A DNA stretch of 64,000 bases from the human T2T-CHM13v2.0 reference genome, Homo sapiens. Below the pieces are notes generated by a model, which was not told where the DNA came from, did not search any database, and saw only the letters and a program-made list of their open reading frames with translations. The stretch is from assembly GCF_009914755.1 (NCBI RefSeq), contig NC_060931.1; one strand, given 5' to 3'. Of this stretch, positions 1 to 31,462 are shown in pieces (positions within the stretch are counted from its first letter, which is position 1; the number at the start of each line of letters is the position of its first letter). A program made the translations under genes and the position numbers.

Positions 1-760
1 CCCGGCGGCTGGGGCGCCGGGACCCGCGGGCGCCGGCAGGGGCGTTCCCGGGCGCGCGGCGGCGATGAAGCACCTGAAGCGGTGGTGGTCGGCCGGCGGC
101 GGCCTCCTGCACCTCACCCTCCTGCTGAGCTTGGCGGGGCTCCGCGTAGACCTAGATCTTTACCTGCTGCTGCCGCCGCCCACCCTGCTGCAGGACGAGC
201 TGCTGTTCCTGGGCGGCCCGGCCAGCTCCGCCTACGCGCTCAGCCCCTTCTCGGCCTCGGGAGGGTGGGGGCGCGCGGGCCACTTGCACCCCAAGGGCCG
301 GGAGCTGGACCCTGCCGCGCCGCCCGAGGGCCAGCTGCTCCGGGAGGTGCGCGCGCTCGGGGTCCCCTTCGTCCCTCGCACCAGCGTGGATGCATGGCTG
401 GTGCACAGCGTGGCTGCCGGGAGCGCGGACGAGGCCCACGGGCTGCTCGGCGCCGCCGCCGCCTCGTCCACCGGAGGAGCCGGCGCCAGCGTGGACGGCG
501 GCAGCCAGGCTGTGCAGGGGGGCGGCGGGGACCCCCGAGCGGCTCGGAGTGGCCCCTTGGACGCCGGGGAAGAGGAGAAGGCACCCGCGGAACCGACGGC
601 TCAGGTGCCGGACGCTGGCGGATGTGCGAGCGAGGTAGGTGCAGAGCGGGAAGCGAGCGAAGTGCGGCGTCTACGCCGCCGGGAGCCCCCGAGGCTTGTG
701 TCGGATCTGAGCAGGGGCCACTCTCGCTGTGTCCTGGCACCCTTAGCCCCTGGTCTTTGC
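1..760. promoter_or_regulatory. NFE2L3: CpG island over NFE2L3 exon 1 (begins upstream of window)
   Basis: Very GC-rich with dense CpG; falls off after ~760. Confidence 0.9.
65..634 (+). CDS. NFE2L3: NFE2L3 coding exon 1 (aa 1-190; hydrophobic ER-targeting N-terminus, AWLVH motif)
   Basis: ATG at 65, MKHLKRWWSAGGGLLHLTLLLSLAG...; donor GAG|GTAGGT at 634/635; 570 nt, phase 0. Confidence 0.97.
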
Positions 761-2110
761 AGGTTCGCAGATGCTGCTGCTCTGATTCCGAATGAAGGGC
801 TACTAGTGCTGTCGCTGTGGTTTTTAGGTGTTTAAGGAAGAAGTGGACGAAATCATCCGTTTGGTTATAGAGAATACCTTTCCTTGTGTGTGATGGCTGG
901 CAAGAGTAGTTCGGGGATGGGGAGGGGAGAAGCAATGCCCACTGTCTTCGCTCAGTACCTCATGTACACTGGGGTGTCGTTCTCTGGGACCCGTGCCCGA
1001 CCTGGACGATGTGAAGGAGGCCGTGACCTCTGGGAGGATGCATGTTTTTAAGAACGACTCTCCCGGCCTAACGCAAGGACCTTCGCCCTGTTTTCAGCCC
1101 AATTGCTGTTCGTTTTTGCTGCTTCCCTGGATTAAGGAGCCATGGTCAGGGTCTATTCAGAGGCCAGCCGGCAGGCGGTCCCCCTGTGACCTAACCATCC
1201 CCTGCACCTAGCAATCCTCCTTCCTGGAATTTGTGTAACCTCTTATTAGCATAACGAAAACAGGTACCTTGGCAGTCACTTAGTGACTAACAAGTTCCCT
1301 TTGGTTTATGGGTCCAAACCCTTCTCTGGCTTAACTTCTTTCTGAAACCAAGTTTACCAAGATCTGTTGCTTGAAACATCTGGTGCTCCCCATGGAACGT
1401 TTGAGTTCAGTCTAATGACACTTTAACACCAGTTTCCACAAAACCACTTTACCCAAAGTTCCTTCCAGGGGACTTTTAAAATTCTGTCTTGGCTCAAACT
1501 TTAGTGTTTGCAACTGGTAACGATCAACCAGTGGTGATCAACTAATGTTCTTCGGGTGTTGTTTTTGTGGGGCGCATTCTTATGCAAAATGGGAATTGGG
1601 GCTAAACTGGTTTGTTTGTTGCTCTTCAGAATTGCCGTTTGTGTAGGCTGTTGCCAGACAAGCTTCTCCACCCTCCTGGAGGGGTCATTGTGTGGAAGTG
1701 CTCGGTGATTCACTGTTATGCTGATCTGAGCCCTTCCTCTTCCTGGGGACCGGAACCAATGGGGTGGGGGCCAGTGAGAGTCTTGGAGGGATCCTTCTGT
1801 GTTCAGGATATACTGTGGGAGGTTCTTCCCCACTCACTCATCCAATCTGGACCCCATGGGGTCTGTCTCACCTAAATGCTCTGCCCTCTAATAAGTGAGT
1901 ACTTGTGCACTACCACCATTCCTGGTTCTGTAACACAGAGTTGAAACCTAGTGCTGGATGCTGTACCAGATGGCACTCTGCCACCCACACCCGAATGCCA
2001 ACCTGTGTGCAAAGTGCACAGGGACCTGGAGGGAGAAGAGAGGAAGCTGTTCAGTCCTCGGAAACTTCCCTCCCGGCATCACCTGGGAGACAAAGTGGCC
2101 TTCCCTTGGC

Positions 2111-3040
<930 letters not shown>

Positions 3041-3599
3041 TAGAAGCCTAGGTTAGGGATTTGGCTAAAGCCACATGTCAGTGCCAAAAGAGAGACCAGA
3101 GCCTGAGTCTCTTGACTCTCAGACTGGCACATTAATTAAGTACCTACACGGTACTCAAGCTCTTGGGACATCTAGGACGTCTCAGTGCATCTGGGATGGG
3201 GTGACTCAGCCTTCCACTGCCCAGGCTAATCACTCTCCAGTGCTAGATTGTGCCATTCATAATGAAGAGGTTGCAATTTGGAACCATGACTTTGGGGAGA
3301 AAATGGGCTGGAAAAACAACACTGGTCTTTGCGGTCAGCTAGACCTGGGTTTGGGAGTATCACCTGCTAGTATGCCCTCCCATAAGCTGCTTGAATCACT
3401 CCAAGCTTCAGTGTCTCATGTCAAGTGGGAGAGGAATGTGTACTCCAGGGGGAGGTGTGCTGATTAAGTGGGAAAAGCCCATGGGAAGAGCAGCATGGTG
3501 CCTGGATTGTAGCTGCGCTCTTCTGCCCTCCGTCCTTAACCCACCCTCCTTCACCTGTCCCCACTCACTGGATTCCTTTTGGCTTGTCTGCATATCTAG

Positions 3600-3855
3600 T
3601 TTGGTTGGTTATTGAAGAAGTGGGGTATGCTAGACCCAGACTGCCTGGTTTTGAATCCCAGCTCTACCACGTCTGTGACCTTGGACAAGTTGCTTATCCT
3701 TTCTGTGCTTCATTCTGTGTGCATTCCCATGCACAATGGGAATCAGAAGGGGCTTACCTCAGAGGGTTGATGTGAGAATTAAAAAGTTCATTCCATGTAA
3801 AGGGCTTAGAACTTGCCTGTCACTTAAGTGCTTAGTTAGTAAATGTTAGCTACTG
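3600..3855 (+). mobile_element. MIR SINE (others at ~3310-3470, 6350-6530, 14040-14235, 58030-58215)
   Basis: GAATCCCAGCTCTACCAC...TGTGACCTTGGACAAGTT core. Confidence 0.7.
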
Positions 3856-4396
3856 TTAACTTCAAAGAGACGAAGTGCTTTGTCCCATAGGAACATAATT
3901 TTTAATTTTAAAAAATAGATAATTCCGGTGGCTTACATTTGAGTTGCAGGAGTTTTATAGTATAATTTTCCATAATTTATGTACATATGCAAAAATATTT
4001 TGGAGTAGGGGATTTTCCAAGTATCAAAAGGAGTACTGTTTTGGTTTCACTTCTTACTGGGGCTTATCATGATCTGAAAACTGACTCTGGAATTCCCCAG
4101 GGCTGACACGCTTCCCTTCATAACCACAGTCATTCACAACGGATGAAGCATGCATTCTTCCAAGTAACACACAGGTTAAACAAAGAAATGAACAGTTTTT
4201 GTAGAATTGAATGTGTAAACGTATGGAACAGCTGCCTACAGCCAGCTTCAGTATTTCAGAGAGCTGTTGCCACTTTGAAACTGAGAGGGCTTGTAGTCAT
4301 TTTGATGTGGTTTCCTATCCTGGTACAGAGACCCTCTGCTGGGTGAGGGGTCTGGTAAGACCTCTTGATTAACTGCCTGAAGAAACTGTTGGGCTG

Positions 4397-5008
<612 letters not shown>

Positions 5009-5304
5009 TCAATATTTAATTCTAAGAGTAAAGGAAAGAGAAAGAAGGTCCTTGATTGTTAAAGTAAAAATTGTTTTTCATTTCAGAATAAAAAATAGTC
5101 CCTAACTCCTGGGCAATTGGACAAGAGATGAAATTTCAGACATTTGCCTGTTTTTAACTCACAGCTATGTTACGGAAATAGTCTTATAATTACATACATT
5201 GCGTTTATGACAAGCGTTCACAGTGGGATTTTCATTTTGTTTACTAAAGGAAGTTGTAAAGGTGCACTATTGTCTTTGTATGGGAAAGGATGTCATAAGT
5301 TACT

Positions 5305-5983
<679 letters not shown>

Positions 5984-7515
5984 AATCACCATCTTCCTTC
6001 CATCAATTCTTGGGGTGTTCAGCTTGCTTATGATTAAAAGCTAACTGAGCTGTTTCTGAAAGCAGCTGGTCTATATGGAGGATCATTTGCATAGGACTTG
6101 GTGTGTGCTCCTGAGAAAATCTGGGGTTTTGCTGGCTTGATGTGCAACCCTGAGGAAGCTTGGCTCAAACCATCTTTTTCCAGTCAGTATTTCCCCTCCA
6201 TTAGTAGGTTACAGAGAAATCATCTTTGCCAAGTCTCTTGTATCATTCTCCTTCTTTCCATGACCCCTACTTCTCAACCCACACAGTGGGAAATGAGCAT
6301 GCAGGGCCCAAGCCCTGACTTGAGGCAGGCTGGTCTAGGGGTCTTGTGTGCTGGCCCTGGAGTCAGACCAGCTGGGGAAGATCCCAGTGCCACACTGGCT
6401 GTGTGATCTGGGGCACACTTCTTAAGTGCTCTGAGCCTTGGTTCCCTTATCCGTAAAATGGAATAGTAAGAGCACCTTAGGGAAGTGGTGGTGAGGATTG
6501 AATGAGATAGTGCAAGTTGAGCAGGGTTGATACACTATTAATAATTCAGGTGGGGCTTGTACCGCTTCTTCCCCAATTTACTCCCGTCCATTGTGTTGTC
6601 AGGTGCAGGTTTCCAAAGCACACCTTGGTTCGTCTCTCTGCGTTTTGTGGGATGCCTCCTCTAGCTCGCCATTGCCTACTTATTCAGTATTTTGTCATTC
6701 AGGGCTGCCCTTGTGGCTTATGTGACCCAGCCCCCAGCTGCTCTTGCTGGGCCTCTCCATGTAGCCTTCTTTCCAGGAGAAAACTTTCTTCATCCCTTTG
6801 CCCAACAACCCTATGATCTCCTGCCCTTTAGTCTGTTCTTACCTTTGCCCGGAATGCCTTCCTTTCATTCCTCTCAAGTCTTTTATGGTTAAATTCTCAA
6901 ACTCAGCTCAACCATCACCTCATCCATAAAACATTTCCTGTTCTTCCCTTTGAGCCCTATTGCACTCTGTAACATTTCTTCTATAGGACTTGGCATCCTC
7001 TCCTTTGAACTGCAGTGGCTGGAATGTGGAGACTGGGTCTTGGCTTTCACCTGAAATAGCACCCAGGGACAGGGTTAGGAGCAGAGGTCAGTTCAGCCAG
7101 TGTCTGTCTGTTGAGCACTTATCATTCATGACATTGTGTTTGCAGAACTTCAAAGATACCATGGGTGTGAAGGTGTCTTGGGTCCTTCAAGGCCCGAGTC
7201 TCAACTAGAAAGTAGGTCAGATCTGAAATCCTGATGGGCCATCTGACTATTTAATGCCAACTGTCTGAGTGGATGAGGGCAGTGGAAAGCAGACTTTCAG
7301 GCTAGCATTATAATTAATCAAGTGGTGAAACTTGGGATTGCCTAAAGTTATATAGCAAGTTAGTGACCTTGCTAGGAATAGAACAGGTCACTGTTCTTAA
7401 GCACTGAGTAAACCATACCTTCTGCTCACTATAAAACTTCAAAGGTAAAAACAAAAGTCTGTCTCGTTCATGGCAGCCTTGTGATAGGAAGAGTTTATTC
7501 TTAAAATCTTGTTGC

Positions 7516-13461
<5,946 letters not shown>

Positions 13462-15489
13462 ATAATCATCACATATCTAGTCACTGTTCAAATTTCCTGT
13501 TATCTCATGAATAATTTTTCATAGTTGGTTTGTTTGAATCACAATCCGACAAGATCCATACCTTGCATTGTATCCAGCTGTTTTTGCATGATAAAGTAGT
13601 ATTCAAGCAGACAGGTGCTTTACTGGATTTGTATGCAGTCAGCTTCTGCCAGCACTGCTGTTGTAATCTGTGTGATGCAGTGTGAAGCGAGCGGGTGGGG
13701 CGGGGGGGAAAGAATTCACCCTGGATGGCTCAATGGAAGAGACTTAAATGAATGACTTCTTACAGCCATGTGGTCAGGGGCAGACAGGGACGTTGGAGTG
13801 CCCAGAGGCTCCCGGTGAGAAGGGATGGAAGGAATTGCTGGAGCCCAAGATGAGGGGCTGTCATCGTGGATCATGGAGGAAATGCTCTGACCTCCCCCTT
13901 GGCTATACCTGTGTTCTGCTCTAGCCTTCCCCTGGTGAACCCAGCTGGAAGCCAGCCAGCACAGGAGCCCTAGAGTTTCTCAGGGACACACATGGACCTG
14001 GAGGGGCAAAGAAGAACCAGTACTGTGGCCAAGAGCTGGCTGTGAAATAAAAATGCCTGCCGCCAAATCCTGGTTCTGTCATTTACTAGCTGTGTGACTT
14101 AAGGCAAGCTGTTTAACCTCTCTGTGTCTCAGTTTCCTCCTCTGTAATAACAATACCTACCTTACAGGGATGCCGAGCAGCTTCAATGAGATAATGTACA
14201 TAGGGCCTGGCCTACAGCCAGTGCTCAATCAACACAAGCTGGAATTATTACAAACCACTATTAAAAACCACCCAGGCCAAACAGGACACAGTCTCTCTTT
14301 ATCTGGCTCCATGTTTCTCTCTAGCCCTGATGACTCTAGCTTGCCTTCAGCCTAGAGACAGGCCTCAGAGTGCTTTGGCCTTACCATTCTCCCTCTGACG
14401 TCATCCTTCTCATAGGCACCACACTGTTCTTTGTCTTTGAAGGTTCTTCCAACCCTAGAGGTAAAAGCAGGTCTCCATCCCTCCTCCTCCAGATGAATAA
14501 ATGAAAGGCCTAGCTAAAGCAGTCGAGGCTGTTCACAAAGGGTATTTTCAGGGGCAAACCCTCTACCACATGACTCAGATCCCAGTACAGCATAAGCGGC
14601 ACACTTGCCAGTTGACAGGGGCTTCAGAGACTTTGCAAGGAGAAAAGAAAAGGCCAGCTTTGCTCCTTTCTTCCCCTTTCCACTACATTACTGATTCAGA
14701 AAACCTTTGCGCAAGACTCTTCTGCTCTGCTTCTTACCCGGGTGGCAAAGGTGAATGGCTGGAGGGCAGGTATCATGTTTACAGCCAGTAGGAAAGAAAA
14801 GACCCATATAATTTGTGATTTTAGATAGAACAGGATAAGTGCCATAAGAGAAAACCTAGAAGACATGGGATTTTAGAGACAGGAGCACCCAGTTTTGGTT
14901 AAAGGGCCCAAACTGAGAACATTCTGGATCCTCACAGAGCACAGATGGGTCAGTTACCAGCCAGAGGGATGTGGTAGGGCAGGCCTTTCCAGCAGGTGCC
15001 AGTTCTGTACAAGTCAGTAGGTGTTTAGTTGTGACTAAGGGCCCCAGCTCACAAGTTTACGATAGCTTCCTGTGTGGCAGGTGTGAAAATGTACTTTTTT
15101 TTTTTAATTGTCCCAGCCCCACAAGGGTAAAAGTCACCTGCTCACAAATAAAAAGTAACTTAATGATGGGTTTAACTTGTCTATTCTTTAAATAAAGAGC
15201 ATGAACTATAAACCTCAAGACTACGCAACAGAACTAGTAAAACATACTCTGTATCTCAGCTCCATGTCATTGAGTTGAGAAGAAAAACAGAAAAAGAAAG
15301 CAGAGATAATAATTACTGGCTACTAGGGCTAGCTGGTTTTGCTTTCTCTTGAAATCCGGATTGAGTTATTGGCAGTTAATCATTAATTGCAAATCTTCAG
15401 AATCAAAAAGCAGTAGCAAGGAGTAATTCATGTTTATATAGCAGCTTACACATATGAAGGGGCTATTTTTAAAATGAATATCTGATTTT

Positions 15490-16413
<924 letters not shown>

Positions 16414-17355
16414 GAAGGGGCCGTTTTCAACTAATTCCTTAAAATATGAATTAGATATTATCTTCTCATTTCACACATCGGGAAACTGAGGGTCAAAGAG
16501 GTTTAGCAACTGGCCCAATGTTACCCAGCTACTGGGTAGGATAGGTCTTTTTACTCAGCTGTTTTGAACTTGGGACCTCCTAGCCACTAGGCTGTTTTGG
16601 GCTTTGCAGACTGCACATTATATTACACTTGATTCTAGCCAAAAGGCCAAGAAGCAATTGCAAATTATATTACAAATTCCGTAGGCCTTTTTTACTTTGT
16701 AAATATTACAGTAGTAAATCCTCCACTCCTCCCTGCCTTGAGATTCTCCCTCTCTCTCCCTCAAGGTAGAATAATTGCTAACTGTTACAAGTTGGGTTCT
16801 CTGGGAAGCAGACTCTGAGACTGCCTTTAGTGTGAAGGAGGTTTATTAGGGGGAGCCATTGGGATCAATAACTGGAGACAGGCAGGATTAGACAGAAGCA
16901 GAAGTCGAACTGTGATGCAGGCTGGCAGAACCCAGCACCTGGGCTGACATGGATGCATCAGACTTGTCCCACATTGGGCCAAGATGGCCTTGTCTCTTTA
17001 CCCTCGCCTGACAGGTCATGGGATGTGGGCACACTGGGATGGGTGTGACCTTAGGGGAGGCGACTCTTGGCTGCTGGAGGCTGGCTGCCCACAGGTATGT
17101 GGGAATAGCCACAAGTCCTCCTTTGAAGGGGACCTGGGCTGCACATCTCCCCATGCATCCCACTAGCCCTGGAGGAAATGCTTCCTCTCATTTATCACTT
17201 ACAATGCTTGTTGTGTTTATTATATTTGCTTCACAATAGGCTCTCAAGAAAGAAAAGTTGAATGAATACAGGAAGGACCATCTAAGAAGATACTTATTCA
17301 ATACCTAAGTCTGTGCAGGTTGAAGTATTTTTCTTCCCTCAGTCTGTGGAATTCA

Positions 17356-19430
<2,075 letters not shown>

Positions 19431-19849
19431 TAGAATGTAAGATGTGAAGGGGGCAGGGTCTGATTGTATTTTTTACTGTCGTATTCCCAGCACTAGTGTT
19501 GTATTTGATACTCAATTTAAAATGACTGACTGTATCTCAAATACAAGTCATCCTTATTGGTGAAGCATTCTCATTAAATTCATCAGCAAGAATATCAGGT
19601 ATCACCATTATTATTTAGCATTATTTGGGAAGCATAGCTAAAGCAATTAGATAAGAAAATGAAATAAGAAATTTAAATGTTAGAAGAGTTGAAAATATTA
19701 AAGTTTATATGTCTATGCCCTTGGGGGCAAAACACAAATAAACAGAAAATTTAATGGGAGAAATTCTGGGCTAACCCTTTGCTGTTGCCTTAGCCAAAGT
19801 GATTTTGCTATGTAGGCATTTTTAGGTGAACCTTTTAGCTAAATATAAT

Positions 19850-20700
19850 TTCAAACTTTTAAAAATGGCATATATATACCCTTTACCCAGATTTACCTAT
19901 TTATGTCTTGCCTCATTTAGCTATATTAATAACGATGTCTCTCTGTATACATATGTGAATTGAAACCATTGCATCCCTCATCACCCAGATACTTATTAGT
20001 GTATATTTCCTAAGAACAGTGATTTTCTTTTCTATACCCAGTTATCAAATCAGGACATTTAATCTGAATGTAAGGCTACTATCTAATCTACAGTCCATTT
20101 TCAGAATCTGTCAGTATGTATTTGCCGAGTCTCTTTAGTCACCTGTAATGTGGAAACACTCCTCTCTCAGTGTTTCTTCACCTTTAGATTGTTGAAGGGC
20201 ATCAATCAGTTAGTTTGTAAAAATGACCCCCAATGTTGATTTATCTGATGTTTCCTCAATGATTAGATTGAGATTATGAATTTTTGGTGAGAAAATCACA
20301 GAAATGGTATTGTGTCCTCCATATCAGGAGACCACGATGTTGGTTTAACTTCGTATTTTGATGATAGAGTTGACCATTTGATTTAGATGGTGTCTGCCAG
20401 ATTTCTCCTGTAGTGTTATTATTTTTCTTTTTGTAATTAACAAGTAATCTGCAGAGTGATACTTTGAGACTCTTTAAGTATCTTATTTCTCATAAAATTT
20501 TCACTCCTTAAATTAAGCATCCATTGATGGTTTTCTAATTCATCATTCTCCTTTTATATTTATTATTTGTATTCTACTATAAGAAAGATTTCCTTTTTCC
20601 TTCATTTATTTGTTTATATTTGAGTGCACTCATTGATTCTTTTATTCAACTCATTTTATTCAATGAGTTATGATCCATTATTATATTATACCTAATTTTG
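19850..20700 (-). mobile_element. Ancient L1M 3' fragment
   Basis: Degenerate L1MC/ME-like 3' sequence. Confidence 0.5.
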
Positions 20701-21299
20701 GCTTCCTGTAGTGTGAATTTTGATCATACAGAATTTCTCTGCCTCCAGTCCTTCTCTTCCTGAGTTTTCAGACAAGACATCTTACATACCTTTGTTACCA
20801 ATTCATTACACTCAAAAAGTTTCCCCCCACAAAAAAAGCCTTCCCAGACTAAAGTTTGCTTGATCAATTTCTCTATGGGCTTGATCTGTATCAACCACTT
20901 GTTTCCCTGTTATTATTTGTGTAATATAGGTGACATTCTTGTGTTTGCATGTTTGTGTGTGTCCATGTGTGTTGTATTAATGCACATATTACAGATTTAG
21001 GGGACTTTGCTTCATGGTTCTAAAATAGATCATTTGATTTCGAGATTAGAAGTTTCTCTCTCTACCACTAGCAAGTTTTTAAACAAAGTTAGCTGCCTCG
21101 GGTATCCAAAGTTTTTAATTTAATTATATTCAGATTTAACAACCACAAAAAACCTTACCTTGGCAAAAGATGAGAGGTAAAAAGTGATCAGTCACCTTTT
21201 CTTCCTTCCCCAGATTTATATAGGAATCAGTATTGTTGCAGGAAAGAACAATCTATCAGAAGTAAGATCTCTATCAAAGTCTTAGGATATTGTGTCTAA

Positions 21300-22150
21300 G
21301 AGTTCAGCTATTCAACAAATATGTAGCAAGGGTCTGTTATGTGCCAGAATCTGGGTTACGAAGTGGCCAACAGCAGGAACCAAGCAGACAGAGCCCTTGC
21401 CTTCAAAAAACTAGCATTCTAGTAGGACAAACAGCAAACAAATAAACATGGTAATATATCAGCTGGTGCTAAATGCTATGGAGAAAAAATAAAGCAAGAT
21501 AAGGGAAAAAGATTTTGATGTAGTTTTTTATATAGAGAGATTAAGAAAGAAAACTGAGATGGTAAATATTTGAAGAGACCTGGGGTCAGGAGGATAAGAG
21601 GGTTGAGAGAGCTTACAGGCAGAAAGGGCTGCAAATACAAGGGCTGTGAAGTGGGAGAGTGCTTGGTGGACCTGAGAACTGAGCCTTGGGACATTGCTAT
21701 GTTTGGATATCAAGGGGATGAAGAATCAGCAAAGCAGAAGTTCTTGATGAGGTAGGAGAATAGAGAGGTACTTGGATGCCAGGTGAAGAAGCTGTTTCCA
21801 GGAGGAGATGGTAACTAAGTCAAATTTTGCTGATGGGTGAAGAGAAAATACACTGAGTACAGATACTCTTTGGAGGTTTTTGCTGTCAAGGGGAGCAAAA
21901 AATGGGATGGAATCTGAAGACTAGTGTGGGACCAAGGGAGGGGTTTTTAAAGGTGGGGGTATTTGTGTATGATAGTAGGCTGATGCGAATTGTCCAGTAG
22001 ATGAGAAAGAACTGTTGATGCAGAAGAGAGGGGAGAGTAGCAGGAGCAATATCTTGAGCACATGAGCAGGGTTGTAACGGAAATGTGCAAAGGGAGAGAC
22101 TGATTGAGCTAGGACTAAACATCATCTACAGTGTCTAGAGGGAAGGCACA
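21300..22150. mobile_element. Degenerate L2 LINE
   Basis: ATTCAACAAATA tail motif followed by purine-rich L2-like body. Confidence 0.55.
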
Positions 22151-22629
22151 GTGTCAGAGTTAGGCACAATCAGACAGAGAAGCCAGTAAACCAAGTGGAC
22201 CAGCAGAACATCAGCCTCCTTTTTTCTTATCTTGCCTTGATTTTTATCCTTTCTTCTGGCATCTGTAAATTGCCATTTCTTCAACCTTCACTTAAAAATG
22301 TTTTTCTGTGGTTTGGTGGGAAAAGGATGTGCCAGTGTGTCCTGTTCCTGGAAGAAACAGAAAGAGTGAAAAAGTTTGACAAGCTTTAATGTTATAGGGA
22401 AAAAATACATCCAGAGAGCTTTTAACATGATAGTTGAAACTATCTGAATATGCAGTACACTCTAAATGGTAACCATATTTGAATGTTTAGAAGAATTCTC
22501 TAGCCTTTTAATTATTTAGGTCTCCTTATTTATAAAGTAAATTAAGGTAGAAGGACTTATCTGGGTAAATAAGTATAGATCTGTGGAGATGTTTTACATT
22601 TATCATTTTCCTGATTATAAAAGGAATAT

Positions 22630-25318
<2,689 letters not shown>

Positions 25319-25620
25319 AACAGAAAACTAAAACTGCCTGCTGGCAACATTAATTTCCAAATCTAATCTAACTCATGAGTATTTTAAATTCAGGGGCTTT
25401 ATAAGTGCATGTTAATTTAAATTGCACAGATTAGAACAGCCTGTCTCAGGACAGGATGTAAAACTGACCTTTGTTTCTGAATTAAATGTTTCTTTGATAC
25501 TGAAATATTGAAATGCCGGTCTTAGCTTTTGACTTGTGGGTTTTCATGGTCCCTGAACAATAAGCACAATGCAGTTTTAAAGACTGTTTGCTTATTTGAT
25601 GAAATTTCGTACTTTTATAG

Positions 25621-25800
25621 GAGAATGGGGTACTAAGAGAAAAGCACGAAGCTGTGGATCATAGTTCCCAGCATGAGGAAAATGAAGAAAGGGTGTCAGC
25701 CCAGAAGGAGAACTCACTTCAGCAGAATGATGATGATGAAAACAAAATAGCAGAGAAACCTGACTGGGAGGCAGAAAAGACCACTGAATCTAGAAATGAG
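25621..25800 (+). CDS. NFE2L3: NFE2L3 exon 2 (ENGVLREK...TTESRNE)
   Basis: Acceptor ttttatag|GAG, donor GAG|gtaagc; 180 nt in frame. Confidence 0.96.
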
Positions 25801-26899
25801 GTAAGCCTGTCAGAATATTCAAGCCTTGCCGTTTTGGTTTTAATGTAGATTTTGTGGCATTGACAGTTTGTGTCAAGAATGAGCATGTAAAACAGTATGC
25901 TCTACTATTAACAAATATGATATATGAAAATACCTATGTCTTTAAGTTATGGGAGTAGTAATTTGATTTATAAATGAATTAGCCCATACAATTGTTTTCT
26001 CTGGTTAAACTCAAGATTTTGTGTGTATGTGCACACACCCCCTTCCAGGACCTTGCTAGCAGGTTTTGCTAGTTATGTTTGCCAAGGCAAGTGATGAAGA
26101 AATGGGGAACCTAGGAGTCCTCAACCAGCCACATGCACAGGTAGCCAGGCTGGCCTAGTCCAGGAGAGCAAGCCGAGGACCAACCCTACAGCCAATCACC
26201 CATGATGTCAGCTAAGGCTTGGGCTGAAATCTTTGTTCAGTCTCCTGGCAGGCCTGGCTGAACCGTTGGGCATCCATGGTCCAGTGGGACCACCTCCTTA
26301 ACTCCTCATTGCCTAACCTTACTCTTTGGCTGTGAGAAGAGGTGTACAAAGATGAACTCCCGGAGCCAGGCTGAAGGGATGGATGCTTTCTGCGATCTGT
26401 GCTTCCTCCTCCTTTCATTTGGGCTGTACTCTGATTTCTCTTCAGCCCTGCTGAGGTCCTGCCCACAAGCATGGCAAACAGGCACTCGAGATATTTAATA
26501 ACCACGTGGCACTTCCACCTGGAAGGCATACCCTCAGGGGTCTTGCCCTGACGGTTTTCTTAGGCATCACCTGCTTTAGCATGTCCCCTTCCCAGAATGT
26601 GGAGTTTAGGGCTGTGTTTTGAATACCTTGGAGGATGGAGAGTACCATGCCCTGACCCTTCTCAGACAGCTGTCATCATGGTAGCCCTGGCCATGTAATA
26701 TTACATGGAACATTACTTATTTTGCATGAAATCAGAAAACAGGTTTGTTCTCTTTGCCTGCCTACCACTCCCTTGCCCCTCCAGCTTCCACCTAGAGCCC
26801 CTTGGTGAAATCTAGGGCAGGTCCCATAAATTCTAGATACTAATGAAAATCGCTCTGGCCATCCCAGTGCAGCAATTGATAAGAATAACCCAGTGTGTC

Positions 26900-31317
<4,418 letters not shown>

Positions 31318-31378
31318 CTAAAGCCCCAACCAGTTCAGTCTTTTATGTGAAAGATGCACTTTTTGTGTTTCTCTACAG

Positions 31379-31462
31379 AGACATCTGAATGGGACAGATA
31401 CTTCTTTCTCTCTGGAAGACTTATTCCAGTTGCTTTCATCACAGCCTGAAAATTCACTGGAG
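31379..31462 (+). CDS. NFE2L3: NFE2L3 exon 3 (RHLNGTDTSFSLEDLFQLLSSQPENSLE)
   Basis: Acceptor tttctctacag|AGA, donor GAG|gtaatt; 84 nt in frame. Confidence 0.95.

Noticed and set aside
82-935. Alternative-frame and antisense ORFs over NFE2L3 exon 1
   Set aside because: GC-rich shadow ORFs of the real exon
1274-1288. Palindrome AGTCACT-T-AGTGACT
   Set aside because: 7-bp arms with no full ARE/AP-1 match; chance level in 64 kb
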